A DNA stretch of 63,071 nt, the filler included, from Platydemus manokwari (taxonomy: Eukaryota), in the NCBI GenBank assembly GCA_037951405.1. It is 6 parts of 6 records of this genome, joined end to end, with 100 filler letters (N's around TTAATTAATTAA, not from the genome) between each part and the next. Parts side by side here need not be neighbours in the genome. Positions count along the whole stretch, not along the records: positions 30,394 to 41,404 come from JBBMOY010979973.1; positions 41,505 to 53,119 come from JBBMOY010565551.1; 4 more parts are not named here. One strand, 5' to 3'. Below, piece after piece: positions 37,501-49,800 of the stretch; position 1 is the first letter of the stretch, and every line of letters begins with the position of its first letter. The notes below the pieces were generated by a model that had not been told where the DNA came from, did not search any database, and saw only the letters and a program-made list of their open reading frames with translations. The position numbers and the translations under genes were made by a program.

Positions 37501-40500
37501 ATCTGATACTCGAAAGTCATCATTTGACAATTAGTGACTTTGCTGACACTGTAAATATTTCATTTGATCAGTCCAGATCATTTTCAGAATTGTATCGTGT
37601 CTTACGTAAGACATCATTACGGGAGATGAGCACTGCATCTACGTCTTCGACTCGGAAATAACTGACTAATGATCCGAATATAGTGCTAAAAGTTATCCAA
37701 ACCTGAAAAAATCTCGTCTTTAATCGTCTAAAAATCAAGTTCATGTTAACAGTTTTCGACAATTGAGGTGTTGTGCACTATGATTTCCTTCTGCTCGTAG
37801 AAACTCTTAATAAGAAATATTACGTCTGAGTTATGCGTTTTTTACGTTTGGCCATGCACCTGACCAGAATTATGGGCATACAGCTCTTGCTTTTTGCACT
37901 GATTTGGTTCTTCGAGAATTTTTAATCCAAAACCCAATTCATATAGTTCCATAATCATTCTATTTTTTGATTTAGCATTGTGCTTCTTCTAATTTTGATA
38001 AACTACCGAGGCATCATTTTGGATAAGTAGATAAAAGCCAAATCGTAGAAAGTATTGAAGTTAATTCCAGAAATGGACTTTAACAAGTGTTTAGAGAATC
38101 GGAAAAAATATTGCTATCAATGTAATATGTTAGATGAACATTTCTTTGTAGGCGATGAAATTGATTTATAAGAATAAATAAAGATTTTTCTTTGCATTAC
38201 AAAATTCCCGTTCATATATGATCACAATAGTTATTTATATATTTATTTGTTTTATGGAATATATTGTAATATAAGAATAATTTCAAAAATGTTTTCTATT
38301 GCTCCATAAACTTTTAATTGAAATTGTTCTATTTTTGATTGATTTTTAGAATATTCAAATTAAAAGTATATACATGTATATAGTTATGTGATAAGATAAT
38401 GATTAAATGTAGTTTAATTTTTTCAATAGATTGATTCTTATTCCGTCCGAAAATGGCATTTACAGCCACTCGGTACTACATTGCAGAAAATATCGCCTCG
38501 TAACAATTTCACTGAATCGCATCTCGTAGTTCCTTGTCTCACATTATCTGGTACCGGTCTGACTGAATCTAGCATCCGTTTGTCAAAATGTGGTCGCACA
38601 ATCGCAGTGTTTGTTCCTCGAATTTCATTTATGCGTCTTCATTCAAAAGAAATCGTTAAAAATAATACATCTTCGAGGAAAAGGCAGTATTCTAAGGCTT
38701 TCAGTGGATGCTTGAGCTCAGACGAATCATTACTTCTTTCAAACAATTCTGTTGTGGCCATTTATGCTTCTGAACCTGAATCATCTTGTGGTCAATTATT
38801 ATACTATTTTGAAATGCCTTACAATCCAATTTCGTTGGATTTCTCTCCCCTAGGTGATCACCTTATTATAGGCTTGCCAGGATCTCAAAATCAGTCTCAT
38901 TTGTTTTGGATAAATTCTGAATTCACACCTCAGTCAAAGAACTCGTTTACCATTGGGCCTCCCTCTGATAATCACTGTAATATTGGTAAGTGATAAATTT
39001 TTGATCTATTTTTGATTAATTTATAATTGTAAAAATCAATTCAATTAAAGCAAATAACTTCACTATATAATTTGATCACTTTACCAATATAAGTTTCTTG
39101 ACCTTATTTCTTAATCCCTACACTGTCCTCAAATAAAAAGTTCAAATGTTTTTGATTAAATTTCGTTTGATTTATAAAAAATCTGATTCATTTCTTAATA
39201 GTTTTTTTAATTGTCAAAATCAAATCAAGATCTTTAATGACTGAATGTGTAAAGCCAATGATCAAATTAGTTGATTTATTATTATTATTGATCAGCATTA
39301 TTACACGGTAATAATTTATAAAACACGCTTCGAAAACGAACTGAAAAGACATGACAATAAACAATGTATTCAAATACAATTATCTAAAACAGTATTTCCA
39401 AAAGTGGGTGATACCGGTCCCTGGTGGGCGCTGCAAGGATCCAGGGGTTGGTGGTGAATCCAAGCTCATTTGGGGGCGATAATACTATAAGAATGTAAGA
39501 AAATAATTATTAAAAACTTTGATGAGCCCATGTTACAAAATTGGTAGCACCACAACAGCTTCATTCTTCTCATTAACATAATTTCCAGTTTTTGTATTAA
39601 AATCTATTCTAAGTGCAATAAATATGTTCTTACTTTCAAAATGTATTGTTTCTAACTAATTTATATTTTTTTAATATATTTAATGAAAAAGGTAGTAACA
39701 TTAAGATTTTCAAATAATTTGTTACTAAAATTTTTAAAAAATTGGTGTGGGTTAGTTTGGGGGCGCTAAGTAATATTTATTTTGAAATGGGGACGGTACA
39801 CCCGAAAAGTTTGGGAATCACTAATCTAAAATATTAATATCATTTTAAATAAAATTAAATTCTATATAAATTTAAATTTTACACAAGATCAAATCTGTAA
39901 AAATTTAATTCAATTTTAATGTGCTCACAAGTATAATGAAATTGTTCACTATTACGGTTTAAATCGTAAATTTCAGGCACGATCTAATTGATTTTCTTGA
40001 AACTGCTCCTATGTGTGCGATTACTTATATTTGAAATATATAATTGATTTACAATTGATTTTATCGTTATTTGTAAGGGTTTGTGCAATTTAATTAAAAA
40101 TGTAATAATAATTCATGCATATCCATGAATATCTAATATTTTTATCCTTGAAAGATCAGTCCATTCTTTTTAATACTTTGATCTTGTAGATTAAATATAT
40201 TTCTTGGCTGTTGAAATTTCTTTAAAGTCATTCAAAACATTTCGTCAAGAAAATATTTATTGTTAAATCTTGTTGTAAAATCACAACAATTCAATGGATT
40301 TAATTGAATGAATTATATTTCAAGAAAATAATGATAATATTATAATGAGATAGCTATTGTTCTGAATTTTTACATTTGAAAATTTAGAGTTAGATGTTTG
40401 TCTTTTATTTTGGTTCTTTGTCGAATTGTAGGTCTCATTTTGAATATTAACTCAACGGAAAATGACATGGATACCGGGCATAATTCAACACTACCGAAAT

Positions 40501-40688
40501 ATCCTAAACCAATGCAACTGATGCAAATCATTAATCATCACAAAAGTGTCATTCATAACGATTTCAATGATCAAATCGGATGGAATGGTCCCATTAATTG
40601 TGTAATTTGGAACACAGCAGGTGGCCTTTTGTATTCTAATGAACCTGGTACATTATTTTCGTTGAGTTATGTCGGATGCAAAAGTTAA
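31541..40688 (+). CDS. AMBRA1: AMBRA1 (DCAF3)-like WD40 protein, six 3' exons; N-terminal WD40 exons missing from the contig
   Basis: Exons 31541-32187, 33771-33815, 34256-34517, 35782-35939, 38430-38985 and 40432-40688, all GT-AG with compatible phases. The C-terminal part aligns with recalled AMBRA1 sequence: SYSVRKW~TYRLQWW; ESSIRLSKCGRTIAVFVP~DASCDISADGQLLAAFIP; VAIYASEPESSCGQLLYYFEMPYNPISLDFSPLGDHLIIGL~[61 protein letters not shown]~[23 protein letters not shown]. Confidence 0.85.
37153..38230 (+). mobile_element. Decayed mariner element (~1.08 kb) in an AMBRA1 intron
   Basis: Imperfect ~30-bp TIRs (CTTCTGTGATCAAGTATGACCGGTAATTTT / AAAATTCCCGTTCATATATGATCACAATAG) in a TA context. Transposase remnant KIKFMLTVFDN*GVVHYDFL...TLNKKYYV*VMRFLRLAM with stops. 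Confidence 0.85.
39390..39823 (+). mobile_element. hAT (Buster-type) MITE, 434 bp, in the AMBRA1 last intron
   Basis: TIR-like ends CAGTATTTCCAAAAGT / AGTTTGGGAATCACTA. Perfect 8-bp TSD ATCTAAAA at 39382-39389 and 39824-39831. Internal KLVAPQQLHSSH* is a Buster transposase C-terminus. Confidence 0.88.
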
Positions 40689-41000
40689 TCGTTTGATTCA
40701 GCCTCTCTCTTCCATTTATTCTTAAAATACCTCTTTTATTTTTGATTATTATTTTTATACATTTTTCTATTCGTCACGATTCATGCCAATATATATGGAA
40801 TGCCTTTTTGTAAATGAGTTCATTTGTTTCACATTTTAGTTTTGCATGGTTTGCATATAGAGTCTTTGGTGGTGTGGTCCCGGTGTTATCAATATTTATA
40901 GTGTACATATTTTTATGTTACTTTGTAGTTTTTTTTTCTATGACAAGAAATTTAGTGGGATTTATATAAAATTTATTTGTTTATCTTTGATGTTTTTATA

Positions 41001-41006
41001 AATAAA
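41001..41006 (+). promoter_or_regulatory. Probable polyadenylation signal of the AMBRA1-like gene
   Basis: AATAAA ~310 nt after the stop, followed by T-rich sequence. Confidence 0.4.
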
Positions 41007-41330
41007 GAGATTGAATTTTTATTGAAATTTTATTGTTATTTTATTTATATGAAACCGATTGTTAATTTATAATAAATAAATATATTTATGTTTCATTGTG
41101 TTTGTTTTGAATAATTATAGTTTTTTCTTGTTTATTAATGATTTAGAATCAAATCTCATTATTGATATTAAAAACGGATAAAAAAACTAATTAATATAAC
41201 AAAAATAAATTTGAGCTGAATAAATATTGATGTAATTTTATATTGTTAACATCTGCATCTTTAATGTCATTAAAAATATAAACAGTTTCATTTTCCTTTT
41301 ATAGTAATAACTTATATATATATATATATA

Positions 41331-41404
41331 TACCAGGTGTACCGGTATGAAATGAGCGTTTTTTGTTAAAATGAAACACTAATTTTGAATGGAAAAGTAA
41401 AAAA
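41331..41404 (+). mobile_element. Probable left terminus of a Tc1/mariner element inserted in a (TA)n run, cut by the contig end
   Basis: (TA)n is followed by TA|CCAGGTGTACCGGTATGAAATGAGCG, an abrupt TIR-like start at a TA site. Confidence 0.4.
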
Positions 41405-41504
41405 NNNNNNNNNNNNNNNNNNNNNNNNNNNNNNNNNNNNNNNNNNNNTTAATTAATTAANNNNNNNNNNNNNNNNNNNNNNNNNNNNNNNNNNNNNNNN
41501 NNNN
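41405..41504. other. Assembly linker (100 nt, six-frame stop spacer)
   Basis: N-run/TTAATTAATTAA/N-run. Confidence 0.98.
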
Positions 41505-41699
41505 ATAATCTTTTATAAATATTCATTGTTAGTGATAATAATAAAAATAGCTAAAAAGATAATAGTAAAAATATTATTATCTTGATGCATACAAGTATAT
41601 CTATAACAATCTTTCTTGATTTAATTTACTTTGACAGTTTAAATAAATAAAAGTATTTATTTTAGAATTTTTTTTTTATATTACATCGTTGATATGCTA

Positions 41700-43010
41700 C
41701 CTTCCGCACAAATATCCACTAAAGTATCAAGACGTTGTCAACAGTGACTGAAAGAAGAATTCCCGGGTAATACAAGTCAATAAGTTCTTGTCCTATTAGT
41801 CAAGAAAGCTTACATGTGGTAGGATGGATTGCTAGGTCAATCGACAACGATTGTGAAAGATGACTACCGATTATACTGTTTGTAGATCTTCAAAACCAAA
41901 TTTACATTTTACCATTCCTTTATAATTCATACCATGCTTGATGAAATGTATGATGAGAAGCTGAAGGAAATTAAAAAGGAAATAGAAAATATCCAGATTA
42001 CTGGTCTCACGATTAACTCTTAGACCACTAACAACGAACCATTTTGTTATATAACAGGACACTATATTGATTAAGAAAACTAAGATCGGCATTTTTAGTT
42101 GTATACTTGATGATTGACGCTTGTAAAAATTTTGCTGGTCTCTAAAATTTGTTGCAATATGGAATATCACTGATACAATATGAGCATAGGTACAGAAAAT
42201 GCACGAAACAAGGTTGCTACAATCAGGCTGACGAATTAAAGTCATATATTTTACACTTCCTCCAGCTTAACATATGAAGGATTTTAAGGAAGCTGGCTCA
42301 TCACTTTTTATTTTAAAATATGGACACTTAGTTGAACATTCTGAGCATTTTTCGGTCTGTACATCAGCAATGAAAAACAGCCAAGCCAGAAAATGCAGCA
42401 AGGTATGGCATATCGATCATTCTAAAAACTATAGCGAATATAAACTAATAGTCGGAATTGGATATATGATGATTAATGACGAGGATCCAGGATAGATTTC
42501 ACTATTCAAAATTACAACATTGAACGATCCCAATTTGAAAATTGAAGAGATTATAGTATTGCCAATTTGCAAATAACTGTGACCTTGGATTGTCGTCAAA
42601 AGAAACTCACTACCTTAAAACACTAACAAGTGCAGAAAAAAATAATGCAGAAGGACATCTAACAGGTTTAGTAAGAAGCGCGGATGAAAAATACTGCCCA
42701 TATCGAAGAAACAAAAATTGACTTGTAGTAAGCAATTCTGAATCCGTTCCAATACACGATGCACAAGTTGAGCAGATGCGGTATCAAGAAGAAGCTTCCA
42801 TTCCAGAAAGTAAAAATCTTCTCATATTGTAGGAACTGAGCAGGTATCATTACCCTGGACAAAGCAATTTTGTTCAGATCGTTCTCTGCGAACCAACGTC
42901 ATCGATTCCACGTGAAAGACTTTTCAGCTTACCATGATATATTGTTTAACAAAATGAGATTGTACTTGCTGCTGAAAAAGGAAATGCGTAGTGTCTTCGA
43001 GACTAGAATA
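41700..43010 (+). mobile_element. Decayed Ac/ZBED1-type hAT transposase remnant
   Basis: From 42881 it reads VLCEPTSSIPRERLFSLP*YIV/NKMR, matching the hAT dimerisation motif LC.PATS+P.ERLFS.AG.IV.K.R. The upstream sequence is GC-richer and coding-like but broken; the 5' boundary is approximate. Confidence 0.65.
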
Positions 43011-43545
43011 AAGTCACCGAAAATCAGTATACCGAATAAGTTTAATAAATTTCTGTTGACTAACTAAAATCATTTTACACATTTTTGTGAACTGCAAAGT
43101 TAATTCTTGTATTGTTTTAACTAATTAATATCGGGTTGTTGTGTACATTAACCATTGTTAGCTTTTGTAAAGGGTTATAATATAATATATATTCACACTT
43201 AAAAGTTAGAAAAATATACCGCTCTTTAAATAAAAAATTTAGACCAGTTATTACTTTGATGAATTAGAAGCATAAACCTTAGAAAAAAGAGAATTTATTT
43301 ACTCGAAATTTCGACTAATCTATTTAATTACAAAATTCTAGATATTTATTAATTTGAAATCGGACATTCGCAGATTTACTAAATATATATTTGATTCTTT
43401 CCTTTAAGAGATTAAGTTATTTTTCTTTCGAGTTATTATAATAATTTTATTGTATCGAAAGAACTCATTTTAATTTCGTGCTATTATTCAATAACTTAGG
43501 TTAACTATTTGATTTTAATCGCCTTGACATAAATATTTCTTCAAG

Positions 43546-46500
43546 GACGAAGATGCTTCAAACGAGAACTGTAAGCAACAATCGCCTGATTGGTCTTTAA
43601 ATAGCACGGTTTTAGTAAGATAAATTCATAACCCGTTACATCTAATATAATATTCAGTATTCAGAAAGCTGAAAAACTGAAAACTAGCATTCGATTCTAT
43701 ATTAATGAAAATGTCCATATTCAGGTATTTATTTTTTTAGAGTTAATATTAAAAAATATCTTGATAAAAAATAATTAAAATAAATAATAATAAAACTGAA
43801 TATATATTGATTGATAAACAAAAATTAAATACACCAAAAAATAAAATAAAATATGTTTAAAATAATAAATTAAATGATAATAGAAATTTGAAATAAAGAA
43901 AAAAATAGTTCAGCTAATCATTGAATACATTTTTTGTAGGGTACAAATAATAAGTCTGTACCGAAAATATACATAAATAAATACCTAAGCAAACCAGCGG
44001 TCTTTGCCATTTCAAAAACTAACCAATAAAGAGAATATCAAATAGTATATTAAAGGTTACCTTTAAGTGAAAGTATTGTGCTAATAGAATCACTGTTAAA
44101 GATAAGGTAGAGCTATTAACTCCATTGTTTAAAAGAAACAAATAGAAGACTCTAGAACAAGATTTTATGCAGGGATCACATCCTCGTTTTGACTAATTAA
44201 TATTTGGGGTTTGGCCTATTAAAATTTTTTATTGTGTTTTATAAATATATTTATCATTAGTCATTTATCATTGATGGACCTTATAAAGAAATGGAATCAC
44301 ATATAATAATTGATTTAGTTGTTAGTAGCAAGCTTAACATTTTTAATTTAACCCAATTGAACAGGAAAATTAGTACTGTTAGATATAATCCCTGTGGCAT
44401 AAAAATAGCATGGTCACAAAATGTAATAAATAATGGAAAAATAATAACCAAAAAATATATAACCTTAAAATTAGAGTAAGCTGAAATGTATATATGAAAT
44501 GTACAGAAAATGCATCCACCGTACAATCAGCCAACATTTAAAGCAAATACTAAAGTAGATCGTTTATACGTAAGATATAAACGAAGAAAGCAGGTTAAAA
44601 AATACCCAAAATTTTTCAACCAATCGTCGCATAACGATAATCAAATTTCAGATTATAGACACAGAGCGATTATATTAGATCATGCATTTAATCGGACTAT
44701 ATTCATGTTTCAAGTAAAATAGCAACACTGAATTATTGTCATTACATCATCGTTCGAATTATATTAATCTCCGATAGGAGGTTCATTGTAATTCAGTAAA
44801 TTTATTTCTCAAAGCCAAAAGCATTTGTATAAATTTAAAATCATTTCTATTTCTTTTGATTGTAGAAAGAATAGCCCTCTAGAGTTTCTTATAGTTTTTC
44901 AAGGCATCACACTTGTGTCTTTTAATTTGAGCACTATATATTTGTTATTTATGTATTATAATTCGTCTTAGTAATTGTTATTATTACTACATTAATACAC
45001 GCAACATATTAATCTGTTAACTGTGACATCTCTGATGGAATCATCTTACACATCCTTCTAACCAGAGAACCTCACTGCTGAGAATACTGAGCAATTTTCA
45101 ATAATAAATTATCAAGGAAATATTTCTCAAATAAACACACATTAATAAATAATGATTAACAAATATTAATAACGAGTTACGAAATTAGTAATCAAAAATG
45201 TAACATTATAATAAAATTATTAAATAAAACATTTATAGTAATAAATTATTTAATATGAAGTATTTATTTATGATTATAGTTATACATTATTGAAAGTAAA
45301 ATAGTCACATAAATTATAAATATTATTGAAATTATTAGTAACTTCAGAAAAAGGTAGAAACCCAAACTTAATAATAAACATTGAGCAAGACACCCCAAAT
45401 TTACAAGGCAATGTAACCAAACATTTAGGTATTGTGTCATATACCACTAACAGTATCATTATTAAAGCCTTACTACGTATAGGCTAAAAGATAATATTGT
45501 ATTGACAGTCCAAGATTGTATCGAGACGCAGTACTCATTTTGTCTTATTATTATATAAATAAATAGATTTTAAATAGAGGCTATTCTTAATGTATTAACT
45601 TAATTGGGAACCTAAAATAGAAGTGGAGTCAGATTAATAGATTGAGTCATATTAGTAATTGAGGAGAATCATATTTAAGAAATATTCTTGTATGTATAGA
45701 ATGCCCAAAATAGCCATGGAATTATTACTAGATAAACAGAATGTGTAATTGAATTAATGGCGAAAAATATGTAGCAAAATAATAAATATGGTGACAGAAA
45801 TAAATAAAAAGAAATAAATAATAAAATTAAGGTAAAATTTAAAGGCCGAAAATTCAACAAAGCAAATTCGGAATCTAGGAAAAATACTAACCGAAAAATA
45901 ATAAAAGTTCATTTGCTAAAACCAACGACTAAAGGTACAAGTGTTTGAAATAAAATAAAATTTTAAGGATTTTAATATATTATAAATATATTTAGCAACA
46001 AATAATGTAGATGTGGTGAAAATTATGAACCTGACAAATATTTGCTATTTAAGATTAAAAATTTCAGAGGTATGTAAGCATGCATAGAAAAATTATATTT
46101 AAAGAGTAGCTAAACTTTGAAAAATTCCATTTCAACAGAAGAATTATCAAGTAAGAAACTAGACATATTTATATTAATTTCCTTTGTAACTAGTGCAGTT
46201 GTAAAGTTGTTTTTTGTACAGTAGAGTAGTTTATTTTATGCTGATATTGAAACTATAGATCTAACGTTAGAATCCATATCTGTTACAGAGAGTTAGAAAG
46301 ACAGTCATGATTTTCTGAGATAATAATTCCAGATGAAATACTGGGATTAAGTCCTCGTTTATTGACATATCATTAAACAGGTTGTACTTTTGAATAAACA
46401 TATTTATAAATAAATTCAAATTTTAACGACAAAGGAAAGTAAAGAGATTGGCGGTCCGATTTAGAATTGGATCTGAATGACAAATTTATTAACAAATATA

Positions 46501-46876
46501 ATAAAATTTCACAAAATTGAAAAAAATTGTTCTAGTAATTGACTTTGTTTTAATGTATCAAAGTCAATCAGAACAGAAATTATAAATAATTATTAAACTA
46601 AATTTCTTTAAAAACCGTTTAAATTTTTTTTCGAATTTAAATAATTTAATGTTTTAGAAAAGAATTATTGATCTCCGTAAATGCCTAGACAATAAAGATG
46701 TATATTCCTTCCGACCTGGTATAGATGATGATAATTTGGTCTTCATGAAATTAGAATCAGAAAAGAAAAACAAACGAAGGCTTTCTCAAAAATATGTACT
46801 AGGGACATTGATTTTAGTTGTAACTGCTTCAATTGCTGGAGTATATTCCGGTCGATTTTATTGGTCTCATGCTTGA
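43546..46876 (+). CDS. 3' exons of an unidentified C-terminally (tail-)anchored membrane protein
   Basis: Exons 43546-43614, 43665-43724 and 46658-46876 (all phase 0, GT-AG, first intron 50 nt) give DEDASNENCKQQSPDWSLNSTVL-KAEKLKTSIRFYINENVHIQ-KRIIDLRKCLDNKDVYSFRPGIDDDNLVFMKLESEKKNKRRLSQKYVLGTLILVVTASIAGVYSGRFYWSHA*. A basic patch precedes a ~20-aa hydrophobic segment and a short tail. Confidence 0.65.
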
Positions 46877-49800
46877 TATTGGTATCAATTCTTGAAAAAT
46901 AAAATAGATTAGTTTGTTAAAATGTACGAAATAAGGACAGTAAAGATTTTAACATAGATTATTTTACTTATTTTGTAACTTTCTATCATTTAAATCTTTA
47001 CGCACATGTGTAATTATGGATTATTATGAATGAAAAATATTCTTACTGTTTATAATTATTGATTTAAATTTTTTTCAAAATATTAGATTCTAGGTTTTAT
47101 TGAAAAAACAAGAATTAAATATTTATATTACTTGAATTATCGTGTGGATGTTGATATTGTTATAATGTGATAAACACTCGATTACTCAAGATGATCATGC
47201 AGAGAATATTTCAAATTATTATTAAATGTATTATGGTAACCCGTTATATTTAGTGTCTCGAGATTTATGCATTTAATATGGATACTAAATCAGAAATGTT
47301 TCTATTAAAGATTAAATGATAATTGTTTATAAAGTGAATGAGATAGCTCTGTGAATTATGTTCTTTTATTCGCTGGTATTGCTTATAGTATCAATCATGT
47401 GAACAATAAAGGATTTTGATGAATATAAAACCAGTATTGGATAAGGTTAAATGAGATAAAAATCATGTTTGACACAAGTATGCTCCAACATATGATGCAT
47501 GCAAAACAGAATAAGAAAAGCGAAATAGAGGAAGTATTAATTATGAAATTAAATCCTACATTTATCTTCACAATGTAGATGCTTCAGTATAACAAAATAG
47601 ATTGGTCATCTCAATGAATCAGTAGTCCCATATACCATATACCATATATGCATATATACCAATATGCAAAGTCAAAGCATCTAATGCAAAATTCGAATAT
47701 CTAGAAAGGGATGCAAAAACTCGTTATCCAGTTGGGTTTATGAGAGTTAGCCTAACCAAAAATGAACAATCAGTCTCACAAACCCGCTATGAAATATGCA
47801 ATATTCTATATAATGTCCCCAAGTTGCGAGACAAGAAACAAATTAATAGAAAATCAATTTAGAAATTAGTCAATCAAACTTTTATTAATTCGATCTGATC
47901 CTAAATCTAACTTAAAGATACTGAATTCAATAACAACCTATCCACGTGAATAGGATTTGTACAGTACTAGTAAATCAGTTACGTAGTATTAAAATAATTC
48001 AAAACAATATGTAAAAATAAGTAAATTAAAAAATTTAAAGTAAAGAATTTTCATGAACATTAAAACATTAAGCAAACAAAGTCAGTCCCAAAATACAAAA
48101 ACAAATCAATTAATTGATTAAAAATCTAAGCCAACAGTGACAGCGGAATTAAGAAACATAGTAAATAAAAATTTAAAACTAGTAAATGAAGCATCAATAG
48201 GAAATTTTAAAACAAATAAAACAAGAAATATTGACGCGAATTTCATTATGAATAAACAAAAAATAAGGCTAAGCCTTATTTAAAAATTTAAAAAAATAAA
48301 CCCCATATGGGAATAAATTTGTTATCCCTAAAACCATTAACAAATATGAAAAATAGTAAATAAAAATAAAACCTATGTAAAACCACAGTATAAAAATAGA
48401 GGTTGGTCATAATTTTAAACGAAAATTTCCGATGGAAACTCAGCTACTTAATCCTTATCATACATTACTTGTCAGAGACAATTTATTGAACAATTATCCT
48501 CAATTTTTGCGTACTATTATTCTAACCAAGCATTATAGTTGACAATATTATTGAAAAACCTCAGAGAATATCCGCAAAGAATTTAAACTATTTTACTTTG
48601 ACCAGACAAACATAATTTAATGATTTTGCATTATTCTTTGATATTCTACAAATTCTCAGTTACTTTATTTCAGCGAGTAGACAGGTCATTTGTCTATCAT
48701 TATTATTTTGCCATGAGAACAAATATTAAAATATTGAGTGTAAACTATTTTAATTAAATGTTTCAAAAGGTTTTAATATATTTTATAATCTATATTATGT
48801 TTACTTTTATAATTCTATATTTATAATTCAATGTTTAATTTATATTTATGCGTACATTATCAATACAAGGTTTGGATCTAGATAAAAGCATAATTAAAGT
48901 TCCATATAAGGGATACAATACTTCATTCAAACCCAAATCGGATAACAGACTTAAGCTAAAGTCACATTATAGAGTAGTTTCACGAAGGAAGCTTGGAATA
49001 TTAACTAAATCCAATTCGTCGTAAATAGTTTTAATTTATTAATTTAATGAATTTAATTTATTGTGTATAAAGTTTATTTACTTAAATTAAATTGATTTTA
49101 TATAATGAAGTGCAGTAATTGACTAAATCCAATAGTTTTATTTAAATAAATTTATTAAATATTTTAAGATTGTAGAATTTTGCTTACAATTACGATTGAA
49201 GGATATTAGTTATTATATAACAATAATACAGAATGTTAAGTAGTAGTAAGTTAACAAAACCAAAAATAAAATAAAGTCAATTAAAAGAGAAAACTTTTGA
49301 ATTAAAATCCAGAACATTTTCACTAAAATAAAATCAATTGATAGGCTAATTCCAAAATTATTTACAACTGAAATTTATAACGTTCTCGCTAAAAAAATAT
49401 TATTAACTTATTCAATCTCGGTAAATTTAGTGGAATTTTAGCAGATAACCCAAATGGTACTCTAATGATTGTACCACAGAAAATAATATATAAAAAATAA
49501 CGAAACGATGAAATTTGCCATTTCAACTAACGACCAGAACAATAAATAATTATGATTTTTAAAATATTTAGTATATTTTGAGTTCAGAGGAATCCAGAAC
49601 TGATGTATACTAAAATAGTGTAGTTTACATAAGTAATAATGTAAAGTACTTATCGTACCTGTTGCTGAGCAAAGTATTAGTACTAACAGGAGAAAGCTCT
49701 ATGACGGTACTACAAGATTGTATTAAATATCAGTATTATAATGATAAAGTATTTGATTGATTTATTGTATATAAAGTTTTAAATAGACATACTCATTTGA

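Noticed and set aside
46760-46876. Resemblance of the tail-anchored C-terminus to PTPN1/PTPN2
   Set aside because: Only a generic basic patch plus transmembrane segment; no phosphatase motif is visible.
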